Shown: positions 26,858 through 35,989 of the stretch, one piece after another
Layout of the letters: every line of letters begins with the position of its first letter
Numbering within the stretch: the stretch's first letter is position 1
Assembly (NCBI GenBank): GCA_026225415.1
Contig: JAMFSS010000008.1
Span: forward strand, 45,219 to 109,218
DNA length: 64,000 nucleotides
Direction: 5' to 3'
Source: Alphaproteobacteria bacterium
GTDB taxonomy: Bacteria; Pseudomonadota; Alphaproteobacteria; UBA9219
Program-made: the position numbers and the translations under genes
Notes under the pieces: model-generated
What the model was told of the DNA's origin: nothing
Seen by the model: only the letters and a program-made list of their open reading frames with translations
The model's database searches: none

Positions 26858-28756
26858 TTAGGCTTGCGCGATGATTTTGGTGAAGAGCTGATCGAGATCG
26901 CGCGCAACGCCCGGAATGTCGAAAAACGGTGCCGTTCTGGCGGCGGCGCCTATTTTCTGGCCAAGCGCCTGGCGCAGGGTTTCATCTTGCCCAAGCGCAA
27001 CGGCTTTCTGGACATATTCTTCCTGCGACGCGGCGATGGCCTCATCACACCCCAGGACACGTAACAAACCGGACGTAAGCCGGCCGCGGAAGGTGCCGCC
27101 TTCAAGCGCTATGACAGGCAACCCAAGCCACATCCCTTCGGTTGCCGAGGTCGACCCCGACTAAGGGAAGGTGTCGAGATAGATGTCTGACGCAGCAAGC
27201 CTGGTCATGACGTCTTTGCTGCCGGCAGCAGATGAGATAATGATACGCGACAGATCAATATCCATGTCAGCCGCCATGCGGGTCAGCGTCTCCTGAAAGA
27301 GCCGCGCAAAACGCGCACGCAAAAATGAGGAATTGAATGGCATGAGCAATAGGCGACTCTTGGGAACAGCTTGCAATATCTTTAACCAGACTTGCAACAC
27401 ATCGGGGCCCAACTTCAGCACATGCGCATTTGAGCCGAACAAAATCTCTTCAGCCCCAACCCCCAAATCGCGCCGCGCGGCATCTTTGTCGGTAACAACA
27501 TCCAAGGGAACGGGCATGTAATAACCGATGCCGGGACAACTCAGGACTTTCTCGGTCAATTCAGCGTACAATTCGGGTCGGTCATAAACATCGCCGACCA
27601 CAAAATAATCCATCTCCGGTATGCCAGAGGTCACGATATCCGCGACATACATGCATTGCGTTTTCGCCAACCGGGCGTGAAAAAGCAGGGCGGCGATGCT
27701 GTTGAAATCCCCGGGCATTGATGATGCATTCACAACAATATCGAGCTTCAGTTTACGGATAGATTCCAAGCCGGCGACTATGTCGTCACGGTCAATGGCA
27801 TGATGCTTCACGCCACGATATTTTGCCTGAAACTCGGCGCGTCCGTCATTCGACCATGCAATCACATAGACCTCATAACGGTCTGGATCCAATGCAAAAA
27901 AAGGTGCGAAGAAATGGATTTCGCCACGGTAATGATAGCGGAGCAGTCCGATCTTTATTTTTCCCTGATGGGCATCGAAAGAATCTTTGCCCACCCTCTT
28001 AAGTCCGGGATGCCTGCTTTCATTGTAGCGGAACAGAAGCGACCTTTCGGCTTCGAGAATGCGTCGAAAGTTGGCCTGATTAATGCCAGGTATGGATACG
28101 CCATAGGCTTGGCCGAACTGTATGAGCTTAAGCGCGCGGATAGAGGGATCTTTGTCCAGATTTTCCGCAAACCAAACCAAGGCCCGCTCGACGAGCTGGA
28201 CATGACGATCAGCTTCGCCAGGATATGTATAGGAAATATAGACATCGAAAATATAACGATAGATGAACAGCGCGTCTTCTTGTCCTGGCAACGCATCATG
28301 AAGAGCGACAATTTTCTCCCAAGGCAGATCGTAAGGTTTGTAATAAAGCATAGCGAGGCAAAGCGATGGCATGTCGCAGCGTGAATGGTTTGGATTCATA
28401 AAATCCGCAAGACCCGTCACAAAAGTTTGGTCTTTTTCTGTGCGTGAAATATTTTTCCCGAGCCAGCTCGCCGCGAGCACAAAGCCCTCGGCGCGCGTCA
28501 GAGACAATAGCTGCTGTTCGGAAGCATTCTGTAAACGCCGCGCCAGGACAGGGCGATACGCCCGATAAGTTGCAATCGACTTACTGTCGAGCGAGTTTTG
28601 TTGTAGCGCCACACAAATCTGTGGCAACTGCGGGATGACATCATTCGTTGCGCGTCCCTTCACGTAGTGAAACACCCTCGTTACGCGCCGTTTTACGTAG
28701 GGTATTAACTTTTTAATAAAGACATGCAACGTCATCATGGATTTTAAAACCTGCAA
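26858..28756 (-). pseudogene. GT41 (SPY/OGT-like) glycosyltransferase interrupted by one in-frame TAG
   Basis: Track ORFs 27161-28756 and 26858-27133 share one frame. The junction reads ..IYLDTFP*SGSTSATEGMWLGLPVIALEGGTFRGR.., which matches the conserved LDTFPY.G.TT..DALWMGVPV block of GT41 C-terminal domains. Confidence 0.6.
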
Positions 28757-28824
28757 CCACTGGGGTTAGTCTTAGTAGAAAATCAGGAACACGGATACAA
28801 TTAACTACCTCGCTTGTTTGAGCA

Positions 28825-30330
28825 TCAAAGAAGCCCATAAGAGTTTAAAATTGAATAAACGCGGCGCGCTAATCCGAAAGGATAAAGATAACAGCCATAG
28901 AAATCCGCCAGCCAGCGCCCGAAAGATTCCAGCCTTTGACGCGAACGCCGCCTCTGAACAATCGCATTTTCAGCAATAAAATGTTCAAACGCGGTCTCCC
29001 TTCGATCCCGGCGCGGTTCGGGGAAACGCCGTTTATGCGTTTGGGGAAAGCACTCGTAAAGTTTCAACAGCTCAGCCCGAAAGGCATCAGGAAAAGAGCA
29101 TTGTTTCAAAATTTCGTATAACAAACCGGGCTTCGTCGGAAGAGAGAGTTCATGCAGGGCGCGGCCAACGAGCTGTGGCACCGTATCGCATGCCACGCCC
29201 GCCTGAGCAAACAGGTCGAAATTATTGACGGGCGTTTTCAACCCGATGCAAGGCACGCCATAGCGCGCTATTTCCATAAGAGCCGTCGGCGATCCCAAAG
29301 GAAAAGATTCCAGCGCAAGGTCGGCCATATGGATATATTTGTCCAAATCCACGGACGGAACAACGCCAATGGGATTAAGGCGCCCCCCTGTTTTGTACCA
29401 GGCGTCGCGCCATCTTTTTTCGTCTTTATCAGGGCCAATGACCAGAATGGCGGTATCCGGCGCCTTTGCCAGAATGGATTTTGCGGCTTCGATATAATCG
29501 AGCCCGGCAAAAGGCGCGAATTTATAGGAAGAAGCAATGGAAAGAATAATCTTGTCGCCTTCGGCAAACCCCAGCACTTTCTTCAAAGCCAGAATTTCTT
29601 TTTTGTCCGCAGGTTTTGTTTGGGGTTCGTCGATCGGCAATGGCAAAACATAATACCGTTCGACAAGCCGCGCCATCTGGTCGAGCGCCACAGTTTCCGA
29701 CCGGTAATTGATGACCAGATCGGCAATCGATGCACCCAGCCAGAAAAGATGATCGGCATGATTGTAAAAAACAACAGGACGCGTGAAGCCCTCGTAACCG
29801 AAGGCCAGCATTGGCACGACATCATAGCCATGCACATGCAAAATAACGGCTTCGTATTTTTGCGCCATTTCCCGCAGGGCAATGGCTTTTTCAATCGGAA
29901 ATTCAGGCGATAAGACAAGCACCTGCCCAGCGCGCGTTTTTGCTGCCTGTACCAGAAGATCGGGAACCGCCCTGCCGCCCTGGCTGGTCAGAACGACATC
30001 ATGCGTTTGCTCTTGCGGCGACGCCTTGATCCAGCGCTCACAAACGCGTGTATGGCCACCGCTATTATAAGCGCGTGTAAAGATGTGCAGAAAACGCCCC
30101 GGGCTTATGGCTTGAGGCGTGGGCACAGGTAAAGTGTCGGCGATTTTTTGTAATTCGCGCTCAATCTCATGGGAATAGAGAATGCCGCAAGGATGATTAA
30201 CCGCAAATAAAGCTGACTGTGCGCAAATCTGTACGCGCCGGTTTCGGCCTTTAACGCGATCGAGCCGTTTCAGCATGTTCAGGAACCGTACCCGGTCTTG
30301 CACCATCTTTAAGGAAACAGCATCGTTCAT
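28825..30330 (-). CDS. putative GT-B fold (GT4-like) glycosyltransferase
   Basis: 501 aa. The C-terminal block LALESFPLGSPTALMEIARYGVPCIG resembles the GT4 E-x7-E / G-x-P region. The N-terminal half is unassigned. Confidence 0.45.
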   Translation of the reverse strand: MNDAVSLKMVQDRVRFLNMLKRLDRVKGRNRRVQICAQSALFAVNHPCGILYSHEIERELQKIADTLPVPTPQAISPGRFLHIFTRAYNSGGHTRVCERWIKASPQEQTHDVVLTSQGGRAVPDLLVQAAKTRAGQVLVLSPEFPIEKAIALREMAQKYEAVILHVHGYDVVPMLAFGYEGFTRPVVFYNHADHLFWLGASIADLVINYRSETVALDQMARLVERYYVLPLPIDEPQTKPADKKEILALKKVLGFAEGDKIILSIASSYKFAPFAGLDYIEAAKSILAKAPDTAILVIGPDKDEKRWRDAWYKTGGRLNPIGVVPSVDLDKYIHMADLALESFPLGSPTALMEIARYGVPCIGLKTPVNNFDLFAQAGVACDTVPQLVGRALHELSLPTKPGLLYEILKQCSFPDAFRAELLKLYECFPQTHKRRFPEPRRDRRETAFEHFIAENAIVQRRRSRQRLESFGRWLADFYGCYLYPFGLARRVYSILNSYGLL

Positions 30331-30977
30331 TCCGGAACCTCGAACGCCGCAACGGAATCGATAATCATATCGGGTTTATATTCGGCAAGAATGTCACGCG
30401 ATAAAATACCCGAACAGACTGCGACTGTACGTAAGCCCAATTTTTTGCCCGCCACTATATCCTCGCCTGTGTCGCCGATAAGAGTGTCCCGCGGTGAGAA
30501 TTCGGCGTTCAGGCGGATCACTTCGTCTTTACCGGCTTTCTGCGCTGTCACCAGAAGAGAGGTGAAGTATCCGCCCCAGCCAAGACCATCGACCTGTTGG
30601 CGCGCGCGCGCCGGATTTTGGCGGGCCGTCACAAGATAAAGGGGCATTTTTTTAGACATGCGCGCGAGAAAATCCGCGGCGCCCGGCAATGGTTTGTCGC
30701 CAGACAACCTTTCCGGTTCTTCGATTTTTTGCATCCAGGCCGTATTAAAAACGGCGATTTGCGCGTCACTATAATTCAAATAGCCCCGCAGCACATCGCG
30801 TTGCGTTGCGCGTCCGCGTTTGATGCGCCAGTACTCATCGAAAGAAAGCTGGCTTTCCGGCGCAAGTTCCTGAAACAGGGAATAAAGGCGCGGGCGAGGA
30901 TCGATCAACGTTCCATCGAAATCGAGAAAGAGCCTAGCCATGCGGTTTTTCTTTTTCGAGGAAAGCCGTCTTCTCAT
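30327..30977 (-). CDS. HAD-superfamily phosphatase (phosphoglycolate phosphatase-like)
   Basis: LFLDFDGTLID (DxDxT), LVTAR, GDTGEDI. The likely true start is MARLF.. at 30941. There is an ATGA overlap with the downstream gene. Confidence 0.7.
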   Translation of the reverse strand: MRRRLSSKKKNRMARLFLDFDGTLIDPRPRLYSLFQELAPESQLSFDEYWRIKRGRATQRDVLRGYLNYSDAQIAVFNTAWMQKIEEPERLSGDKPLPGAADFLARMSKKMPLYLVTARQNPARARQQVDGLGWGGYFTSLLVTAQKAGKDEVIRLNAEFSPRDTLIGDTGEDIVAGKKLGLRTVAVCSGILSRDILAEYKPDMIIDSVAAFEVPE

Positions 30978-31001
30978 AGCGATTTGACATGCCGATTTTT
31001 T

Positions 31002-31901
31002 TCATGCCCGCACAGTTTTCTCTTCGATTGTGGCCCAAAGTTTGTTGGTGCCCCGGTACCAATCATAACAAAGAGGCGCTTCAAAGAACAGATCAGACAA
31101 TGCTTCCGCAAGAACCGGCACCCGCCCATCGATTTTTGCATCTGAAGGGCGATTCCCCGCGGATTCGAAAGGCTGCTGTAACCCAACATTCCAGGAACCG
31201 TCGTGCAAACAGAACCCCGCCGCTTGATCATGGCTATTTACCGAAATCGAGCAATTTGGCAATTCGGGTCCGGTCAGAACCGCGTCCCATCGCTCACAGT
31301 CACCTGGTTGTCGTGAGGCAACAGATGAAGAAAGAACGTCCTTATATCCGAGTTCGGCCATAAGGGCGATGACATGAATACCATAGAAGCGAAGAGCCCC
31401 TCCCCCACAATCACTATGCCGCTTCCAAGTTTGAACCTCAGCCCGATAGTGATGTGCCTGAAAGCGCCATTCGAGACTCCCCAAGCCGCGATTATTTCGC
31501 CTTAATGTCTTGCCCCATTCCGTAAAACGAAAGTTATAGCCAATGCGAAAGCGGCGGCCGGAAGCAATAAGCTTGTCGAGCAAAATATCCGCACGTTGCG
31601 GGGTAGGCGCAAGCGGCTTCTCCAGCATTAGAAATTGGACGGCTGAATAAGCAAGACATCGATCAACCCATTCGGCCTGAGCTTCGGGGGCCACGGCGAT
31701 AACGACAGCATCGCTTTCCGCGAACAAACCGTCGTCATCCTCGGCCCATTGGATATCCGCGGCAAATCCGCGAATGTCGGGCCGTGAAAGAAGTTTCTCG
31801 CGATAGGACAGCGGCAGAACAATCCGGGCATGGGATTTTTGGATGAGAGCCGGAAGATAGCCATACAACCCAAAACCGCCACCAAGGATTGCGACTTTCA
31901 T
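31002..31901 (-). CDS. Gfo/Idh/MocA-like NAD(P) oxidoreductase
   Basis: From the ATG at 31899-31901: MKVAILGGGFGLYGYLPAL.. Rossmann N-terminus, LMLEKPLA. It begins 1 nt after the upstream gene's stop. Confidence 0.55.
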   Translation of the reverse strand: MKVAILGGGFGLYGYLPALIQKSHARIVLPLSYREKLLSRPDIRGFAADIQWAEDDDGLFAESDAVVIAVAPEAQAEWVDRCLAYSAVQFLMLEKPLAPTPQRADILLDKLIASGRRFRIGYNFRFTEWGKTLRRNNRGLGSLEWRFQAHHYRAEVQTWKRHSDCGGGALRFYGIHVIALMAELGYKDVLSSSVASRQPGDCERWDAVLTGPELPNCSISVNSHDQAAGFCLHDGSWNVGLQQPFESAGNRPSDAKIDGRVPVLAEALSDLFFEAPLCYDWYRGTNKLWATIEEKTVRA

Positions 31902-31902
31902 C

Positions 31903-33135
31903 TCAACTGATATCCTCGGGAGCGATAAGTTCGATGTAAGTGCCCCGATAGCCTTTGCCCGCCAGATAAGAACGAATCTCGGAGGCAATGTGCCAGGCTA
32001 AGTTTAAAAGAGGCCCCCGTTCCCGGGGCGCATCAAAATCATCATCGGACAAAATGGGGATACGTGTTCCGGGAATATAATGGCCGATTTTGCCCGATTG
32101 GGGCTTTTCATAGACAGCCTTAAGGAAATCAACATCTATTCCCAACATTTTTATGGGTATAGCGGCACGCCCTGGAAAAGCCTTGCCCACGATGGGGCCA
32201 TGCTTTTCGGCGGCGGCTTGGATTTCAGCGCGTTTTTTGTTCTTCCAGGGATCAAGTTTCCGGGCCATGTCGTGAAAGGCGGCACCGAATCCTTGTTCCT
32301 TTTGTTTAAGTTGGTCCCACGCCGCAGGGATGCTTGCCCCACTTTGTGGCGTTAACACCACACGGATATTTCCATTATAGCGCGACGGAAAAGAAGCGTG
32401 GCCTACGCTCATGCCCAAAGAACCCGCAATATACGTAAAAGAGGTAAAGCTATAGGTGCGCGGATGCTCGTGGTAAAACGTGTCGAACTGGAATTTATCA
32501 AGAACCGCGCCCATATAATGGTTTTCAATGACGATGGCAGTCCCCTCGTGCTTAACAATTTTAAGGGCTTCCACAAGGTCGGCTAAATTTTCGATATGCG
32601 CAAAGACGTTCGTAAACGTAATAACATCCGGATGCCCAAATTGCGCGACAAAGTCTTTGGCAACGGCGGAATCGAAGAATTTATTCAAGACTTTATGGCC
32701 GTTTTCGGCGGCATCCTGAAAAGCCTCCGTTGGTTCAATGCCGTAGGTTTGAGCCCCTTTTTCGGCGAAGAAAGATAAAAGGCTTCCGTCATCGCATCCG
32801 ATGTCGAGGATTTTTTTGCCCGCCAATGCGCCGAATGTTTCCTCACATGACTCCACAAGTTCACGCATTCCGCGCAATACGTCGGCGGTATGGCGTGCGC
32901 GATAATGATAATTGGTGGGAAAGAGCTCGCGTTTAGGGACCTGGAAGCGTTGATGGGCTGTGACACATTGGGAGCAATAGAGAATTTCGATCGGATATTC
33001 TTTACAAACCCTGGTGTCACCCAGGGGCACAAGATCATCGCACAGGGGATGTTCCCCCAAATCGAGAACCGAAGTTAAAGTTTTAGCACCGCAGACTTCA
33101 CAGCCAGTGATTTCATGCAACATGATGGTAACCAC
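31903..33135 (-). CDS. NDP-hexose C-methyltransferase family protein (TylCIII-like architecture)
   Basis: 410 aa. N-terminal CxxC...CxxC zinc ribbon (CEVCGAKTL..DLGEHPLCDD..YCSQCVTAHQ), SAM motif ILDIGCDDGSLL, and a C-terminal C-methyltransferase-like domain. Confidence 0.7.
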   Translation of the reverse strand: MVTIMLHEITGCEVCGAKTLTSVLDLGEHPLCDDLVPLGDTRVCKEYPIEILYCSQCVTAHQRFQVPKRELFPTNYHYRARHTADVLRGMRELVESCEETFGALAGKKILDIGCDDGSLLSFFAEKGAQTYGIEPTEAFQDAAENGHKVLNKFFDSAVAKDFVAQFGHPDVITFTNVFAHIENLADLVEALKIVKHEGTAIVIENHYMGAVLDKFQFDTFYHEHPRTYSFTSFTYIAGSLGMSVGHASFPSRYNGNIRVVLTPQSGASIPAAWDQLKQKEQGFGAAFHDMARKLDPWKNKKRAEIQAAAEKHGPIVGKAFPGRAAIPIKMLGIDVDFLKAVYEKPQSGKIGHYIPGTRIPILSDDDFDAPRERGPLLNLAWHIASEIRSYLAGKGYRGTYIELIAPEDIS

Positions 33136-33224
33136 CTGAGAACGTTTGATTTTACAGAAAAATACAGCCTCGATTTGTACCCGATCCCCCCAAGCGGTGC
33201 AAGAGGCGATTAATCAAGAAATAA

Positions 33225-34898
33225 TTAGGCGTGCAGCTTTTCTTTTTCGAAGTAGGCCGCCTCCTCATAGCGATTTGACAGCTGCGAATCCGACGTTACG
33301 ACGATTTCGATGATATAGGGATTATCGTCGGCCAGCACCGGCTTCAATGTCGCGACATCGTCCAATACACTTACGCGCCGATAGCCGATTTCATAAGCAG
33401 CGGCCAATTTTTCCAGATCGACGCAGGTGTAATCCTTATTATTCACACCGGTAAAATTATCTTTGTAATATTTGACATGAACCGAACGGATCATACCCAG
33501 CGCGTTATTGTTGAACACGATGCATTTGACCCCCAAACGCTTCAGCGATACCAGCATCAATTCCTGCACATTCATCTGCAGCCCGCCATCACCCATCAAT
33601 GCCAAAGTCTGGCGATCGGGAAACGCGATTTTCGAGCCGATGGCCGCAGGCAAGGCATAGCCCATGCTGCCATGGCCGCAGGAATTGAGAAGGCGTTGCC
33701 CGCCTTTGACATCAAAACCTTGCGCGACCCACATCTGGTTTTGGCCGACATCGCAGGCCAGAACGGCATCGCGGGTCAGCATTGGCAATAAAGCTTCGAC
33801 CACCTGTACCGGTTCCAGATGGCCGGGATTAAGATAGGCGGCGGCATGATATTTGATGCGCCATTCACGAATATGCGCGTGCCAGCTTGCGTAATCCGGC
33901 AAAGGCACAGAAGCAATCCGCGCGTTCAGTTCGAGTAAAAATGTTTTAAGATCGGCTCTGACCTTATATTCATCCTTGAACACGCGCCCCAATTCGCAGG
34001 GATCGATATCGACATGGATAATTTTGGCGGTCGTATAAACATCCGGTTTTTTGCCTACATGCTGTTGCCCCAGACGCGCGCCGAAAATAAGGATCAGATC
34101 GGCATTATTGACAGCGAGATTGGCATAAAGATTGCCATGCACGCCCGCAAAGCCATAACCGATTTCCGCGACATCGAGCGCATTGACCGTCGAGACAAGA
34201 GGGATATTCGTTTTACCCGCGAATGCACGCACTTCCTCGACCGCATGCCCCAAACGCACGCCACCGCCAATCAGAATGACGGGCCTTTTCGCTTCCTTGA
34301 TTTTTTCGATGACGGGCGCGACATTGAATTCGGGCTTTTCCTCTTGGGGCGGGATGAAAGATTCCAGTTCATCCGGATCGATTTCCTTGAACTGGATATC
34401 GAGCGGTATGTCGATTAACGCCGCGCCCGGACGGCCGGAACGCGCCGACCAGCAGGATTTTTCCATTTCATAGCGAATGCGTTTTTCATCGGTCACCATT
34501 ACCGCATATTTGGTGATGGGCCGCACAACACTGACGATATCCAGATCCTGAAAACCGTTTTGGCGCGCGCCGTTATCGCGCGCAACAGTCACACTATGTT
34601 CTTGCCCGGTGATAAAAAGCGTTGGAATAGAATCCATCTGGGCGTTGGCGATGCCGGTCACCAGATTGGTTGCCCCCGGCCCCGACGTGGCTACCGCAAC
34701 GCCCAGATTTTCGGTTGTGCGGGAATAGCCATCGGCGCAAAAAGCGGCACCCTGTTCATTGTAATTCGCGATATATTCTATTTTTCCGGTAAGGACCATC
34801 TCGTCGATGACCTTGGCAATTGCGCTGCCCTGCACGCCAAACACATGCCGGACATTCTGCCTGACAAGAAAGTCAGCTATGTAAGCGGCGACATTCAT
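33225..34898 (-). CDS. thiamine diphosphate-dependent enzyme, acetolactate synthase large subunit / YerE-like
   Basis: 557 aa with the three-domain ALS layout. GVAVATSGPGATNLVTGIANA; ThDP motif GDGGLQMNVQELMLVSLKRLGVKCIVFNNNALG. Confidence 0.8.
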   Translation of the reverse strand: MNVAAYIADFLVRQNVRHVFGVQGSAIAKVIDEMVLTGKIEYIANYNEQGAAFCADGYSRTTENLGVAVATSGPGATNLVTGIANAQMDSIPTLFITGQEHSVTVARDNGARQNGFQDLDIVSVVRPITKYAVMVTDEKRIRYEMEKSCWSARSGRPGAALIDIPLDIQFKEIDPDELESFIPPQEEKPEFNVAPVIEKIKEAKRPVILIGGGVRLGHAVEEVRAFAGKTNIPLVSTVNALDVAEIGYGFAGVHGNLYANLAVNNADLILIFGARLGQQHVGKKPDVYTTAKIIHVDIDPCELGRVFKDEYKVRADLKTFLLELNARIASVPLPDYASWHAHIREWRIKYHAAAYLNPGHLEPVQVVEALLPMLTRDAVLACDVGQNQMWVAQGFDVKGGQRLLNSCGHGSMGYALPAAIGSKIAFPDRQTLALMGDGGLQMNVQELMLVSLKRLGVKCIVFNNNALGMIRSVHVKYYKDNFTGVNNKDYTCVDLEKLAAAYEIGYRRVSVLDDVATLKPVLADDNPYIIEIVVTSDSQLSNRYEEAAYFEKEKLHA

Positions 34899-34902
34899 GA
34901 CC

Positions 34903-35982
34903 CTACCAAAGCTTAATCAGTGTTTTTTCAATCTGTTCCTGGGTCGTCAGTAAAGGCGCGCAATCCATGCCGCGCAACCACAAAAGGCCGTTGGGTAAGG
35001 GATTGTTTTCTTTGGCCAAACCTTGCGGCAGACGGTTATATAAAACAATATCCTTCAAAATTTTGGGCATATTCAGCCCCGCTTCGGCAAAGAACTGGAT
35101 GGTCGTAAAAAAGCGGGAAATATTGATTTCCGTTGGGTTAGGCACACCGTTGCGGTCATACGTCATGTCAACGCCATAGATGCCGTGTGGCGTCGCGCTG
35201 ACGGCTTTGACGGCGCGAACGGCGACATCATCCACAACGGGATCGGAACAGGTTTCGCCGATCTTGGTCACCCCCGTGATCCCCGACGGGCTTAGGGCGC
35301 TGTGTGCCCAGCCTTTGCGGCGGCGCGTTTGGCCGACCACAAATTCGCCGTCTTTCCAGATTGAAAGCCAGGTGATCGTCTTGTCCGTCAGCAGTTCTGC
35401 GGCAACGAAATCGCCCCAACCTTCCTGACGGTCGATCCATTCGACGGCTTCTTCAACATCGCTCGTCGGCAAAGCCCCTTTACCGCCGCCGCCGATGGAC
35501 ATGGAGCGTAGCCAGATACGTTTTTGTGGGCCACCCAATTCATCCAGAGCGCGTTCGACATCGGCGCGATTATGCAGAACTATATTTTCCGGTACGGTAA
35601 TGCCCGCCTTCTTGAAGGCTTGCCAGGATTTGTATTTGTGCACGCAGGTGTCGATCGTCTGATAGTCGGGCACCAGCATTTTCACACCGGTTTGCTCAAT
35701 GTCGTCGCGGAAAAGCAGTGCGACAGCCAATTCGGCATCATGCTGGAAATGAATCATATCCGGTCGTTCGGTTTCCAGGATTTGCAGCAGCGCGGCTTTA
35801 TATTGCGGGTCGCGTGAATGCGGCATTAAAAATCTGCGGTGCGCGCGGCACAGCATGAGATCGGCGGGATCGCTGCCAATGCCCATAATTTCTTCCGGGC
35901 AATCCCCCATCAACAAACAATTGATGACGCCATTGGCCTGCGCACTGCCTGCACCCGTGACGATAATTTTTTTTCTGGACAT
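34903..35982 (-). CDS. ATP-grasp domain ligase (unknown substrates)
   Basis: I chose the ATG at 35980-35982, preceded by AGGGG; the track start is TTG at 36000. KKIIVTGAGSAQ pre-ATP-grasp domain, DKYKSWQAFKKAGITVPE, IWLRSMSIGGGGKG. Confidence 0.55.
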   Translation of the reverse strand: MSRKKIIVTGAGSAQANGVINCLLMGDCPEEIMGIGSDPADLMLCRAHRRFLMPHSRDPQYKAALLQILETERPDMIHFQHDAELAVALLFRDDIEQTGVKMLVPDYQTIDTCVHKYKSWQAFKKAGITVPENIVLHNRADVERALDELGGPQKRIWLRSMSIGGGGKGALPTSDVEEAVEWIDRQEGWGDFVAAELLTDKTITWLSIWKDGEFVVGQTRRRKGWAHSALSPSGITGVTKIGETCSDPVVDDVAVRAVKAVSATPHGIYGVDMTYDRNGVPNPTEINISRFFTTIQFFAEAGLNMPKILKDIVLYNRLPQGLAKENNPLPNGLLWLRGMDCAPLLTTQEQIEKTLIKLW

Positions 35983-35989
35983 CGCGCCC

